Shown here: in pieces, positions 15,905 to 22,811 of the stretch
How positions within the stretch are numbered: position 1 is the stretch's first letter
Layout of the letters: every line of letters starts with the position of its first letter
Origin: a virus
DNA length: 44,397 bases
Direction: 5' to 3' (one strand)
IMG/VR virus record: IMGVR_UViG_3300031566_000098
Span: 1 to 44,397 of that record
The notes under the pieces: generated by a model
Databases searched by the model: none
Seen by the model: only the letters and a program-made list of their open reading frames with translations
What the model was told of the DNA's origin: nothing
Translations under genes and position numbers: made by a program

Positions 15905-16234
15905 ATGAAAGAGAAGCCACCTACATTAAGCGATGAAGAACGATTAAAAAGAATTCTCAGAATGGAGGAAACTGTAGATGCAAAACCGCCATATAGCTGC
16001 CTGCCACCTGATAGTGAAGAATGGCTAAACTTAAAGGTTGTTGCAATCCTTTATTTATTTAAGCAAGCAAAGGCTGAGGTAGCAAGGGAGATATTTGGGG
16101 AGATTGAACAACACTATATGGGAGGGGGTGAACACCCACGAATGGATGGCATCATTATTAAGACACCGAAGATAATAAATATCCATGAAATAGAGTGGCA
16201 ATCCCTCAAGGGGCATTATTTGAATTCGGTATAA
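15905..16234 (+). CDS. Hypothetical protein (109 aa)
   Basis: AAGGAGG SD. Confidence 0.55.
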   Translation: MKEKPPTLSDEERLKRILRMEETVDAKPPYSCLPPDSEEWLNLKVVAILYLFKQAKAEVAREIFGEIEQHYMGGGEHPRMDGIIIKTPKIINIHEIEWQSLKGHYLNSV

Positions 16235-16254
16235 GGATATGCTATAATTCAAAT

Positions 16255-16731
16255 ATGAAGGAACGAGAGAGGCTATATGGTGGATATAAAAGCAAAGAGG
16301 AGCAACAAGCTAAACATCAACTCTGGAAAGGGAAGAATCCCGATAAGGTGCGGGAACACAATAGGAGATATTACGAGAAACACAAGGATAAGTTGAGAAA
16401 GATTGAAGCATTGCGTTCTTATAAGAAATTAGAGGGACAGCGTAAATGCAGAGAGAAGCTAAAGATAAGGGTTTTAACACATTATGGCAATGGGAAGTTA
16501 GCGTGTGTAATGTGTGGGGAGAGTCGTTTGGCCTGCCTATCGCTTGACCATGTGGAGAATGATGGAGCTAGGCACAGGAAAGGACTTAAGCAGGAGATTT
16601 ATAGCTGGATTGAACATAATAATTATCCAGATGGATTTCAAACGCTGTGCATGAATTGTCAATGGGTTAAGAAAGCTGAATATGGCAAAACTCACAGAGA
16701 AAAGAAATCTAAATATTTAGAAGATGGCTAA
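16255..16731 (+). CDS. HNH-family endonuclease (158 aa)
   Basis: CVMCGES...LSLDHVENDGARHR...LCMNCQWVKK gives paired Cys plus His-Asn-His-type spacing. I place the start at the internal ATG (MKERERLYGG). Confidence 0.65.
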   Translation: MKERERLYGGYKSKEEQQAKHQLWKGKNPDKVREHNRRYYEKHKDKLRKIEALRSYKKLEGQRKCREKLKIRVLTHYGNGKLACVMCGESRLACLSLDHVENDGARHRKGLKQEIYSWIEHNNYPDGFQTLCMNCQWVKKAEYGKTHREKKSKYLEDG

Positions 16732-16741
16732 AGGAGGCAGC

Positions 16742-17254
16742 ATGAACGGAACACTTTTTAAGGACTGGAAGATTAAGGCTATTGCAGAGGATGATAGAGA
16801 ATGGATGACACGAAGGGTGATTAAGCCACAGCCGCCATTCTGGGCAGAGAGGGGTGCCCAGAATCAATTTGGCCGATGGGATTTTGGTGGGCATACAGCC
16901 ACACAGCACAAAATAAGTTGTGGTTATGAGTCCCGCTACCAAGTCGGCGAGGCTGTCTATATCAAAGAGGCAATCTATCTAAATTATGATACAAACGGGG
17001 CAATTTATAGAGATGGTTCAATTATTCCTAACCTTAAATGGCGCTGGCGAGCTGATGTATTAGAAGCAAGATGTATTCCTGCTGAGGCAGCCCGCTACTT
17101 TATCAAGATAACAGATATAAGGGCAGAGAGATTAAGACTACCTTTATCTCCCGAAGAACTAAAACTTGAAGGTGGCGAATTAGCTTTATCAATCCTAGAG
17201 AAGATAAATGGCTTATGGGTATTTGTCTATTCCTTCAAAAGAGTAGAGAAATGA
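16742..17254 (+). CDS. Hypothetical protein (170 aa), ASCH/PUA-like candidate
   Basis: AAAGGAGG lies 4 nt upstream of ATG 16742. The N-terminus (...MTRRVIKPQP) and C-terminus (...WVFVYSFKRV) resemble a recurrent phage family (recollection only). Confidence 0.45.
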   Translation: MNGTLFKDWKIKAIAEDDREWMTRRVIKPQPPFWAERGAQNQFGRWDFGGHTATQHKISCGYESRYQVGEAVYIKEAIYLNYDTNGAIYRDGSIIPNLKWRWRADVLEARCIPAEAARYFIKITDIRAERLRLPLSPEELKLEGGELALSILEKINGLWVFVYSFKRVEK

Positions 17255-17697
17255 CAGTAATAGCTAAAGCAGAATTATCCTATACCGCAGGTATTGTAGA
17301 CGGGGAAGGATGTATCACAATTGGCAAAGTCAAAAGGCAAAAAATGAAGAGGGGTTGTTATTTTTATCTAGATGTTAGAGTTGTTAACACAAATGAATGG
17401 CTTCTTCAATGGTTACGGTTTAGCTATGGAGGAACCATATACAAGCAAACAGGCAAGAGAAACGCCAATTGGAAAGATAGTTGGGTGTGGATAATAGGCG
17501 ATAGGCATGCCTTAGCATTCCTTGAACTTATTTTGCCTTATCTGAAGATAAAAAGACCCCAAGCAGAATTAGCCATGCAGTTCCAAAAGGCAAGAAGGCG
17601 AGGATGTAAAAAATCAGATGAGGAACACGCTGTTGAAGAGGCACGTGCTGTTTTAATGCATAAGTATAATCGCAGAGGCAAATTGGAGGTAACATAA
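17251..17697 (+). CDS. LAGLIDADG homing endonuclease, single-motif, copy 1 (148 aa)
   Basis: Motif LSYTAGIVDGEGCITI. It is paralogous to 25019..25471 and 33098..33544 (shared blocks below). The ATGA start overlaps the upstream stop. Confidence 0.85.
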   Translation: MTVIAKAELSYTAGIVDGEGCITIGKVKRQKMKRGCYFYLDVRVVNTNEWLLQWLRFSYGGTIYKQTGKRNANWKDSWVWIIGDRHALAFLELILPYLKIKRPQAELAMQFQKARRRGCKKSDEEHAVEEARAVLMHKYNRRGKLEVT

Positions 17698-18134
17698 AGG
17701 TTTTAGCTATTAAGAAACCTAAGCATAAGAGCGTAAAGAAGCTGAAGAAGGAGTGCCGTGAACTTCTGAGTAGATATGTTCGCCTGCGTGATTGTTTGAG
17801 AACTACAGGAACTCTCACGTATTGCAAATGTATCTCGTGTATGCGTGTGATTGATTATAAAACCGCCCAAGCGGGACACCTTGTTGATTGTAGGCATAGT
17901 GCAACTCTTTTTAACCTTATGAACGTGAACGCACAATGTCCCCGATGCAACGTATTTCTTGACGGAAATATCCTTCAATATAGGCGGGCATTGATAGCAC
18001 TTTACAGTGAGGAAGAAGTTAATGAGCTAGAAGATAAAGCCACAGAGATAAAGCAGTTTACCATCCCAGAGTTAGAGGAATTGAAAGTTGACTTTACTCA
18101 GAAGATTAAGGAGCTATTAAAGGAGGGTAAATGA
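17694..18134 (+). CDS. ninG: NinG/Rap-like recombination protein; start codon uncertain (candidate ATA 17694; first canonical start is TTG 17796)
   Basis: LSRYVRLRD...C.SC...AQAGHLVDCRHSATLFNLMNVNAQCPRCN matches the NinG pattern. The conserved N-terminal basic region (17712-17795) lies upstream of any ATG, GTG or TTG in frame. Confidence 0.65.
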   Translation: MKVLAIKKPKHKSVKKLKKECRELLSRYVRLRDCLRTTGTLTYCKCISCMRVIDYKTAQAGHLVDCRHSATLFNLMNVNAQCPRCNVFLDGNILQYRRALIALYSEEEVNELEDKATEIKQFTIPELEELKVDFTQKIKELLKEGK

Positions 18135-18394
18135 AAGCGAAAGTAATTGAGATTCAGGTTGGTGGAGGTCAAATATATCATACCCTAGAAGATGCTTGTA
18201 ATGCGTTCAATGAAATGATGAGGGCTTGGGAAGCACCACGAACCAAAATACATTTCACAGTTCAGCTATCTAATGGCGAGGTTAAAACCATAACAATCAG
18301 GGATGAGGATAATGAGACTGTGGCGTATGGCAATTTTGAGGGGCTGCCGAGCTTTTTAGATTATGCCAAGGAGCTATTAAAGCAGGAGCGTTGA
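18131..18394 (+). CDS. Hypothetical protein (87 aa)
   Basis: ATGA overlap and GGAGGG SD. Confidence 0.6.
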   Translation: MKAKVIEIQVGGGQIYHTLEDACNAFNEMMRAWEAPRTKIHFTVQLSNGEVKTITIRDEDNETVAYGNFEGLPSFLDYAKELLKQER

Positions 18395-18401
18395 TTGAGA
18401 A

Positions 18402-18620
18402 ATGATTTGTAAAAGATGCGGAACTAAATGCCCAGAGCGAGAAAGTGGATATTGCTTTCACTGCCTAGTTTCTACTGATTTGGAGAAGGCTTTATCGGAA
18501 AAAGCAGGGAAGCCAGTGACCCTAGCTGAGGTTGGTATTATTGAGGGATTCCCCGACCACTCTAATAAACGAATAAGGAAAAGTATGCGGGGAACTAGTC
18601 CTCAAAAGAGATTATTTTAG
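18402..18620 (+). CDS. Zinc-ribbon-like hypothetical protein (72 aa)
   Basis: MICKRCGTKCPERESGYCFHC. Confidence 0.55.
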   Translation: MICKRCGTKCPERESGYCFHCLVSTDLEKALSEKAGKPVTLAEVGIIEGFPDHSNKRIRKSMRGTSPQKRLF

Positions 18621-18629
18621 GAGCGTTGA

Positions 18630-18794
18630 TTGAAAACTGAAACACTTTGTCTTAAGCCACCTTGGGTAGAATGTCCCAAGGCGAAAGCTACGAAGCAATC
18701 TCATTTAGTTTGCACCTATAAAAGTTATTGTTCAATGCAATCACCACGGAGACCTTATAATCGCAGAACAAAATGGGATACAAAGGAGCGTTGA
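18630..18794 (+). CDS. Candidate Cys-containing miniprotein (54 aa), TTG start
   Basis: The TTG lies inside boundary repeat copy 2, 6 nt after GGAG. The ORF ends ...KER* inside copy 3. Confidence 0.4.
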   Translation: MKTETLCLKPPWVECPKAKATKQSHLVCTYKSYCSMQSPRRPYNRRTKWDTKER

Positions 18795-18829
18795 TTGAAT
18801 AAGCCTTATTATCAAGATAGGAGGTAAAA

Positions 18830-19075
18830 ATGCAGGAATGGTTTAAGGATAAAGAGGTTCAATCTTTACTAACTCAACTACTGGACAGACTCTGCACACT
18901 GGAACGTATGGGTGGAGAGGCTCTAGGTTCGCAACTGGTTTTCATACCATTTGATAAGAACCTACCTATCTTGTTTGCCACCGATGGGAAACCCTTTTAT
19001 CCCTATGAACACTTGACCAATTTAGACCTAGAAATAGGAATGAAACTAGCTCTTCAGGGGCGATTGCCGAAGTAA
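18830..19075 (+). CDS. Hypothetical protein (81 aa)
   Basis: AGGAGG SD. Confidence 0.6.
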   Translation: MQEWFKDKEVQSLLTQLLDRLCTLERMGGEALGSQLVFIPFDKNLPILFATDGKPFYPYEHLTNLDLEIGMKLALQGRLPK

Positions 19076-19104
19076 TGGACTTTGGAGTAAATAAGGAGGG
19101 ATAA

Positions 19105-19296
19105 ATGTACGAAGTAACTGTTAAGCAATGTGTCGTAACGATACTAAGTCTAAGAGGTAAAGGGATAGCGGATTCTCCGTTCAGGCGTATCGTTGAGGTT
19201 TGGGATGCTCAAACGGGGGAAAAGATTGCCGAAGATGATTGTCATTTCCACTATTCCCCAACGGAAGACAAATATATCTCATTAGAAAATGATTGA
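19105..19296 (+). CDS. Hypothetical protein (63 aa)
   Basis: AAGGAGGG SD. Confidence 0.55.
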   Translation: MYEVTVKQCVVTILSLRGKGIADSPFRRIVEVWDAQTGEKIAEDDCHFHYSPTEDKYISLEND

Positions 19297-19501
19297 CGGC
19301 GTAAAGTTGATAGAGTGCAGATTAACCCCTCTCCAGGCGGCCTTGATTGAGTGGGGGAAACTTCATCCCTACGGGCATATCCGGGAGCTAGTTTTCCAGG
19401 ACGGAGTTCCCGTCAAGGCAGAGGTATATTCAGATGATGGGACCGGGTGTGATACAATTATGTTTGATAAGTTTGCGCGAAAAGCGGGTTTGCTAAAGTA
19501 A
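19289..19501 (+). CDS. Hypothetical protein (70 aa)
   Basis: The ORF overlaps both neighbours. Confidence 0.5.
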   Translation: MIDGVKLIECRLTPLQAALIEWGKLHPYGHIRELVFQDGVPVKAEVYSDDGTGCDTIMFDKFARKAGLLK

Positions 19502-19716
19502 TGAACATCACTGTTTTAGATTTTATGAACTATCTTGCCTCAAGGGGCAAGCCAGTATCAGGGCTGGCAATGGCAGCTCTTCAGAATGGGTGGGATGGGC
19601 AGGTAGTCGTAATGAACGAACTATCAAATAAAGGTGATGAGCTTTACGAGGCAATCAAGGTAGAGAAGTATAGGTGGAGACATCAACGGAGACATCAAGG
19701 CAAAAGAGATGATTAA
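19501..19716 (+). CDS. Hypothetical protein (71 aa)
   Basis: TAATG overlap with the upstream gene. Confidence 0.5.
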   Translation: MNITVLDFMNYLASRGKPVSGLAMAALQNGWDGQVVVMNELSNKGDELYEAIKVEKYRWRHQRRHQGKRDD

Positions 19717-19750
19717 ACTAGCATAGTTCTAAGCTGACCTGGGAAACAGG

Positions 19751-19791
19751 AGGCGAGCTTTACCGGGGAAACCTGGGGGTTCGCCTTTTTT
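19751..19791 (+). terminator. Rho-independent terminator ending the early operon
   Basis: AGGCGAGC (19751-58) pairs with GTTCGCCT (19779-86), followed by a T6 run. It is followed by ATTACGACG. Confidence 0.55.
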
Positions 19792-19800
19792 ATTACGACG

Positions 19801-20010
19801 ATGGCTACATTTGTAGATTTCTTATCAGAGAAAGGCAAAGAGAAGTGGGCTGAGCTCTATAAGCAGTTCATGGGCAAGAAGTGGACACCGCCGGCACAGG
19901 ACAAGCGGGCTATCGAGTGCGAGACGAAGATCGAGGACACCGCGGAGATAGACAAGATCATGCGCCAGAAGCCCGGATACTCTGTTGATGTTCAAGAGAG
20001 GGAAGGGTGA
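19801..20010 (+). CDS. Hypothetical protein (69 aa) with atypical G/C-ending codon usage
   Basis: The ORF is rich in aag/gag/atc/ggc/cgc codons, unlike its neighbours. It is the first gene after the terminator. Confidence 0.55.
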   Translation: MATFVDFLSEKGKEKWAELYKQFMGKKWTPPAQDKRAIECETKIEDTAEIDKIMRQKPGYSVDVQEREG

Positions 20011-21156
20011 ATGCTAGTCATAAGATTCGCCGATTTCTTCTGCGGAGGAGGAGGGTTTAGACTTGGACTTGAACGGGCAAATACTATCACACAGCCCTCG
20101 CAAGGGGAATCCCAAGAAAGGTGGGACGGGACCCTTGATGTCAAAGGAACACGCCTTCACGGTAGATTCAACCCCTCATTTACTTGTGTCTGGGCAAACG
20201 ATAACGACAAATACACCTGCCAAATCTACCGCAAACATTGGAACGATGGGACACTCCACGAGGGGGACATCAGAACAACTGATGTTGATACCATACCAGA
20301 TTTCGACCTCCTCTGTGCGGGATTTCCTTGCCAATCTTTCAGCATTGCTGGGAAGCGAAGAGGATTTGAAGATACTAGAGGGACATTGTTCTTTGAGATA
20401 TGCCGAATTATACGGATTAAGAAACCTCAATATCTATTCCTTGAGAATGTTAAGGGATTACTTTCAGCATCTTATACAGTTAGCCCAGAATTTTGGGATG
20501 AAGATGATTTTGATTCCGAAACAGGAGAACTTTCTGCTAGAGGATTGGCAAGACACCGAATCATCGGTGGAACTAAAGGATTTGTGTTCACGACAATCCT
20601 TCAATCGTTGGATGAATTGGGGTATGACTGTCAGTGGCAAGTGCTTAACAGCAAGGATTTCGGGGTGCCACAGAACAGGGAAAGGGTGTTTATTATCGGA
20701 CATCTTAGAGGAAAACCCAGACCAAAAGTATTTCCTATCGGAGAAGGTTATATCCAAAATGATGAAGATGGTAGGGGAATAATGAGGGAACAATTTGATG
20801 TAAGTGGCAAGGGCTATGGGAGTCAACAAGATAGGGTATATAACCCAAAGGGCTTGATGGCTTGTTTGCCCAATGCACACCCAGATAACAAATTAAACAT
20901 ATTTGTCCCCGAAATTGCTCAAGCCTTACAAACGGATGGTCAATTAAGACAAGGGGTAAGTTGGGGAACAGACAAACCACAATCAACAAGGAACATAAGG
21001 CGACTAACCCCTCTAGAATGTGAACGCCTACAAAGCTTTCCTGATGGGTGGACAGAAGGAATAAGTGATACTCAAAGGTATAAATGCCTCGGCAATGCAG
21101 TAACGGTGAATGTGATTGAGGCTATCGGGAGACAGTTAGTTATGGAGTTAGTATGA
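20011..21156 (+). CDS. DNA (cytosine-5)-methyltransferase
   Basis: Motifs FCGGGG (I), GFPCQSFS (IV), ENV (VI), QNRERVF (VIII), RRLTPLECERLQSFPDGWT and GNAV (X). Confidence 0.9.
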   Translation: MLVIRFADFFCGGGGFRLGLERANTITQPSQGESQERWDGTLDVKGTRLHGRFNPSFTCVWANDNDKYTCQIYRKHWNDGTLHEGDIRTTDVDTIPDFDLLCAGFPCQSFSIAGKRRGFEDTRGTLFFEICRIIRIKKPQYLFLENVKGLLSASYTVSPEFWDEDDFDSETGELSARGLARHRIIGGTKGFVFTTILQSLDELGYDCQWQVLNSKDFGVPQNRERVFIIGHLRGKPRPKVFPIGEGYIQNDEDGRGIMREQFDVSGKGYGSQQDRVYNPKGLMACLPNAHPDNKLNIFVPEIAQALQTDGQLRQGVSWGTDKPQSTRNIRRLTPLECERLQSFPDGWTEGISDTQRYKCLGNAVTVNVIEAIGRQLVMELV

Positions 21157-21623
21157 GCGGGGATTGTCGGCACTGTAAAGATTATAGAGAGTGTGTTGGC
21201 AAGGATGGCTATCTGTTTGCCGATTTAAGATTCTGCCCGTTTCAAGTCGTGTGGATATTGGAAAATTCGGACATCCTGCATATCGGTAAGTGGCCTATGC
21301 AATATAGTGCATATGACAAGGAAAAGGGAAGGAGGGTTGCCAATGAAGGCTATTTTGTGAAGCCTGCGGTTATTATTGCCGAAGTGGAAAAGAGACTAGA
21401 GACAACGGGTAAAGATGGCAAGCTTTTAGTATCTGAATGCAAAAGAGGAGTAGCACTAGAAGACTTGGACAATGAGACTTGGGAAGTCTTGATGTATGTG
21501 AAGGGCTGGTGGCGAAAGAAGATGGATTTTGGGAGTTATCAACGCTGGAAACGCTGGAAAAACAAACAAAAAGTTAATAAAAATATAAACTTGGAGGCTC
21601 AAAATGCCCTGTCTATGTACTAG
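21153..21623 (+). CDS. Hypothetical protein (156 aa), candidate late regulator by position only
   Basis: ATGA overlap. It has an N-terminal Cys cluster CRHCKDYREC and a basic Trp-rich C-terminus. Confidence 0.5.
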   Translation: MSGDCRHCKDYRECVGKDGYLFADLRFCPFQVVWILENSDILHIGKWPMQYSAYDKEKGRRVANEGYFVKPAVIIAEVEKRLETTGKDGKLLVSECKRGVALEDLDNETWEVLMYVKGWWRKKMDFGSYQRWKRWKNKQKVNKNINLEAQNALSMY

Positions 21624-21759
21624 ATGTAATAAACCGATGGAGGATTGCGAGTTTACCGTTTGTGTAAGTTGCTATCTGAAAATGACCGATGAGGAAGTTA
21701 AAAAGAATATCATTTTAGGTGGGCGATTCTATGAGAAAGAGAAACCGAAGGATGACTAA
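21604..21759 (+). CDS. Cys-rich miniprotein (51 aa)
   Basis: Hand translation: MPCLCTRCNKPMEDCEFTVCVSCYLKMTDEEVKK... Confidence 0.4.
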   Translation: MPCLCTRCNKPMEDCEFTVCVSCYLKMTDEEVKKNIILGGRFYEKEKPKDD

Positions 21760-21964
21760 CTGCGTTCACTTCTGGATTCTCGATAAGAACAACTTCGGGA
21801 AATGTAAATGTGGTGCAAGCAAGCAATTTCCCATGGTGTCCAAGATAACACTAAGACCCAGCGAGGCTTTGACTATGGAAAATCTAGGTCCTGATTCTAA
21901 ATGCAATCCTGATGCCTGGTGCAGCGCAAGTGTGCATGGGGTGAAACTTGACAATGATTATTGA
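21731..21964 (+). CDS. Cys-rich hypothetical protein (77 aa)
   Basis: MRKRNRRMTNCVHFWILDKNNFGKCKCGASKQF. Confidence 0.5.
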   Translation: MRKRNRRMTNCVHFWILDKNNFGKCKCGASKQFPMVSKITLRPSEALTMENLGPDSKCNPDAWCSASVHGVKLDNDY

Positions 21965-22006
21965 AAATGTTTTACTTGACAACAGAGGGAACACTTATGC
22001 CCTAAG

Positions 22007-22026
22007 CCCGTTTCGGCGGGTTTTTT
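22007..22026 (+). terminator. Short GC hairpin plus T6 (weak rho-independent terminator)
   Basis: CCCG-tttcgg-CGGG followed by TTTTTT. As at 19792, it is followed by ATTACGACG. Confidence 0.45.
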
Positions 22027-22036
22027 GCATTACGAC

Positions 22037-22182
22037 GGGAGGCTATCTTATGGGTCTAGATTCCCATAGGGTTGTCTCCCACAGCGCCAGGGCGAGTAAC
22101 CCCGGCCCGACAGCCCCAAGTAAGTCCTGGAATAGACGCTTTACTGGACAGCAGGGCAATGAGCTACCAGGGATTGGGGCTG
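22037..22182 (+). ncRNA. Candidate structured RNA or leader (class unknown)
   Basis: A near-continuous 44-nt hairpin spans 22037-22080 (GGGAG..TATGGG-loop-CCCATA..CTCCC). A long-range 7-bp pairing joins CAGCCCC 22111-17 to GGGGCTG 22176-82. The segment looks locally GC-rich, and the tracked ORF across it has a non-protein-like sequence. Confidence 0.35.
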
Positions 22183-22202
22183 TTTCTATTTCAGGAGGTT
22201 AA

Positions 22203-22340
22203 ATGTATAGACCAGTGTGGTTTTATGATTATGTTAATGGTGAACTGAAAGCCTTAATAATTCGCCCCGATAGTAAAGAGATAGAGGTTCGTGATTTATC
22301 ATGGTGGGAAAAGATAGCGCATTGGTTAAGGATTATCTAA
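22203..22340 (+). CDS. Hypothetical miniprotein (45 aa)
   Basis: CAGGAGG SD 5 nt upstream. Translation: MYRPVWFYDYVNGELKALIIRPDSKEIEVRDLSWWEKIAHWLRII. Confidence 0.5.
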   Translation: MYRPVWFYDYVNGELKALIIRPDSKEIEVRDLSWWEKIAHWLRII

Positions 22341-22396
22341 ATGAACGAAGAAGAATATCAATATCCTTTTGAGTGGACAAACTGCACGGGAGAGAT

Positions 22397-22648
22397 ATGG
22401 ACTACAAGTTAGTCGAAGTTACTTGGCTTGATGCTTGGAGTGATGAGGCTCATCTTGAAGAGGGTGCTTTAGTCGGCCTCGCTCCGATTGATAGGCGGAA
22501 TGTGGGCTTTTTAATGAGGGAAGATGAAGCCAAGGTAATCATTACTCAGGGGATAATAAATAATCTCTTTGCCGGAAAAACATTTATGGATGGGATTGTG
22601 GTGATTCCCCGGGGGATGATAAAGGAAATAAAGGTGCTGAATGATTAA
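22397..22648 (+). CDS. Hypothetical conserved phage protein (83 aa)
   Basis: GGGAGAG SD. Translation starts MDYKLVEVTWLDAWSDE... Confidence 0.6.
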   Translation: MDYKLVEVTWLDAWSDEAHLEEGALVGLAPIDRRNVGFLMREDEAKVIITQGIINNLFAGKTFMDGIVVIPRGMIKEIKVLND

Positions 22649-22811
22649 CTGGCTTGAGCTTCTTATAGAGCTACCTATTTGCGTGATTGTATGTTCTCTT
22701 GTTCATTATTTGAACCTGCCATTCGTTCCTGTATTTGTAGTCTGCTTTCTTCTTGTTATGGTGGGACTCCATATCCATATTACCAGAAAAAAACATCATG
22801 GAAATCATTGA
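22641..22811 (+). CDS. Small two-TM membrane protein (56 aa)
   Basis: Hand translation: MINWLELLIELPICVIVCSLVHYLNLPFVPVFVVCFLLVMVGLHIHITRKKHHGNH. Confidence 0.5.
   Translation: MINWLELLIELPICVIVCSLVHYLNLPFVPVFVVCFLLVMVGLHIHITRKKHHGNH

Larger units (their letters stand above)
18385..18798 (+). repeat. Three exact copies of GGAGCGTTGATTGA at gene junctions (18385-18398, 18620-18633, 18785-18798)
   Basis: Read directly. In copies 1 and 3 the first TGA of the repeat is the stop of the gene that ends there (...ER*). Copy 2 lies just after a TAG stop. In all three the repeat supplies GGAG and a TTG for the next reading frame. Confidence 0.85.

Noticed and set aside
17251-17697. The LAGLIDADG genes as inteins or as group I intron-encoded ORFs that split host genes
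   Set aside because: Each has its own start and stop and is out of frame with its neighbours. The upstream ORFs end with what look like complete C-termini, and the flanks are only a few nt long, so there is no room for intron cores. I call them free-standing, but an Infernal group I scan would be the decisive check.
21976-22004. TTGACA at 21976 as a lambda PR'-like late promoter upstream of the terminator
   Set aside because: No acceptable -10 hexamer lies 16-18 nt downstream. The candidates are ATGCCC, GCCCTA and the like. A lone -35 match is expected by chance.
21948-22202. The tracked 84-aa ORF spanning the terminator and the GC-rich element
   Set aside because: It starts inside the previous gene, reads through a hairpin plus T6 terminator, has a Gly/Pro/Ser/Arg-rich non-protein-like sequence and no SD. 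I interpret the region as non-coding RNA or leader instead.
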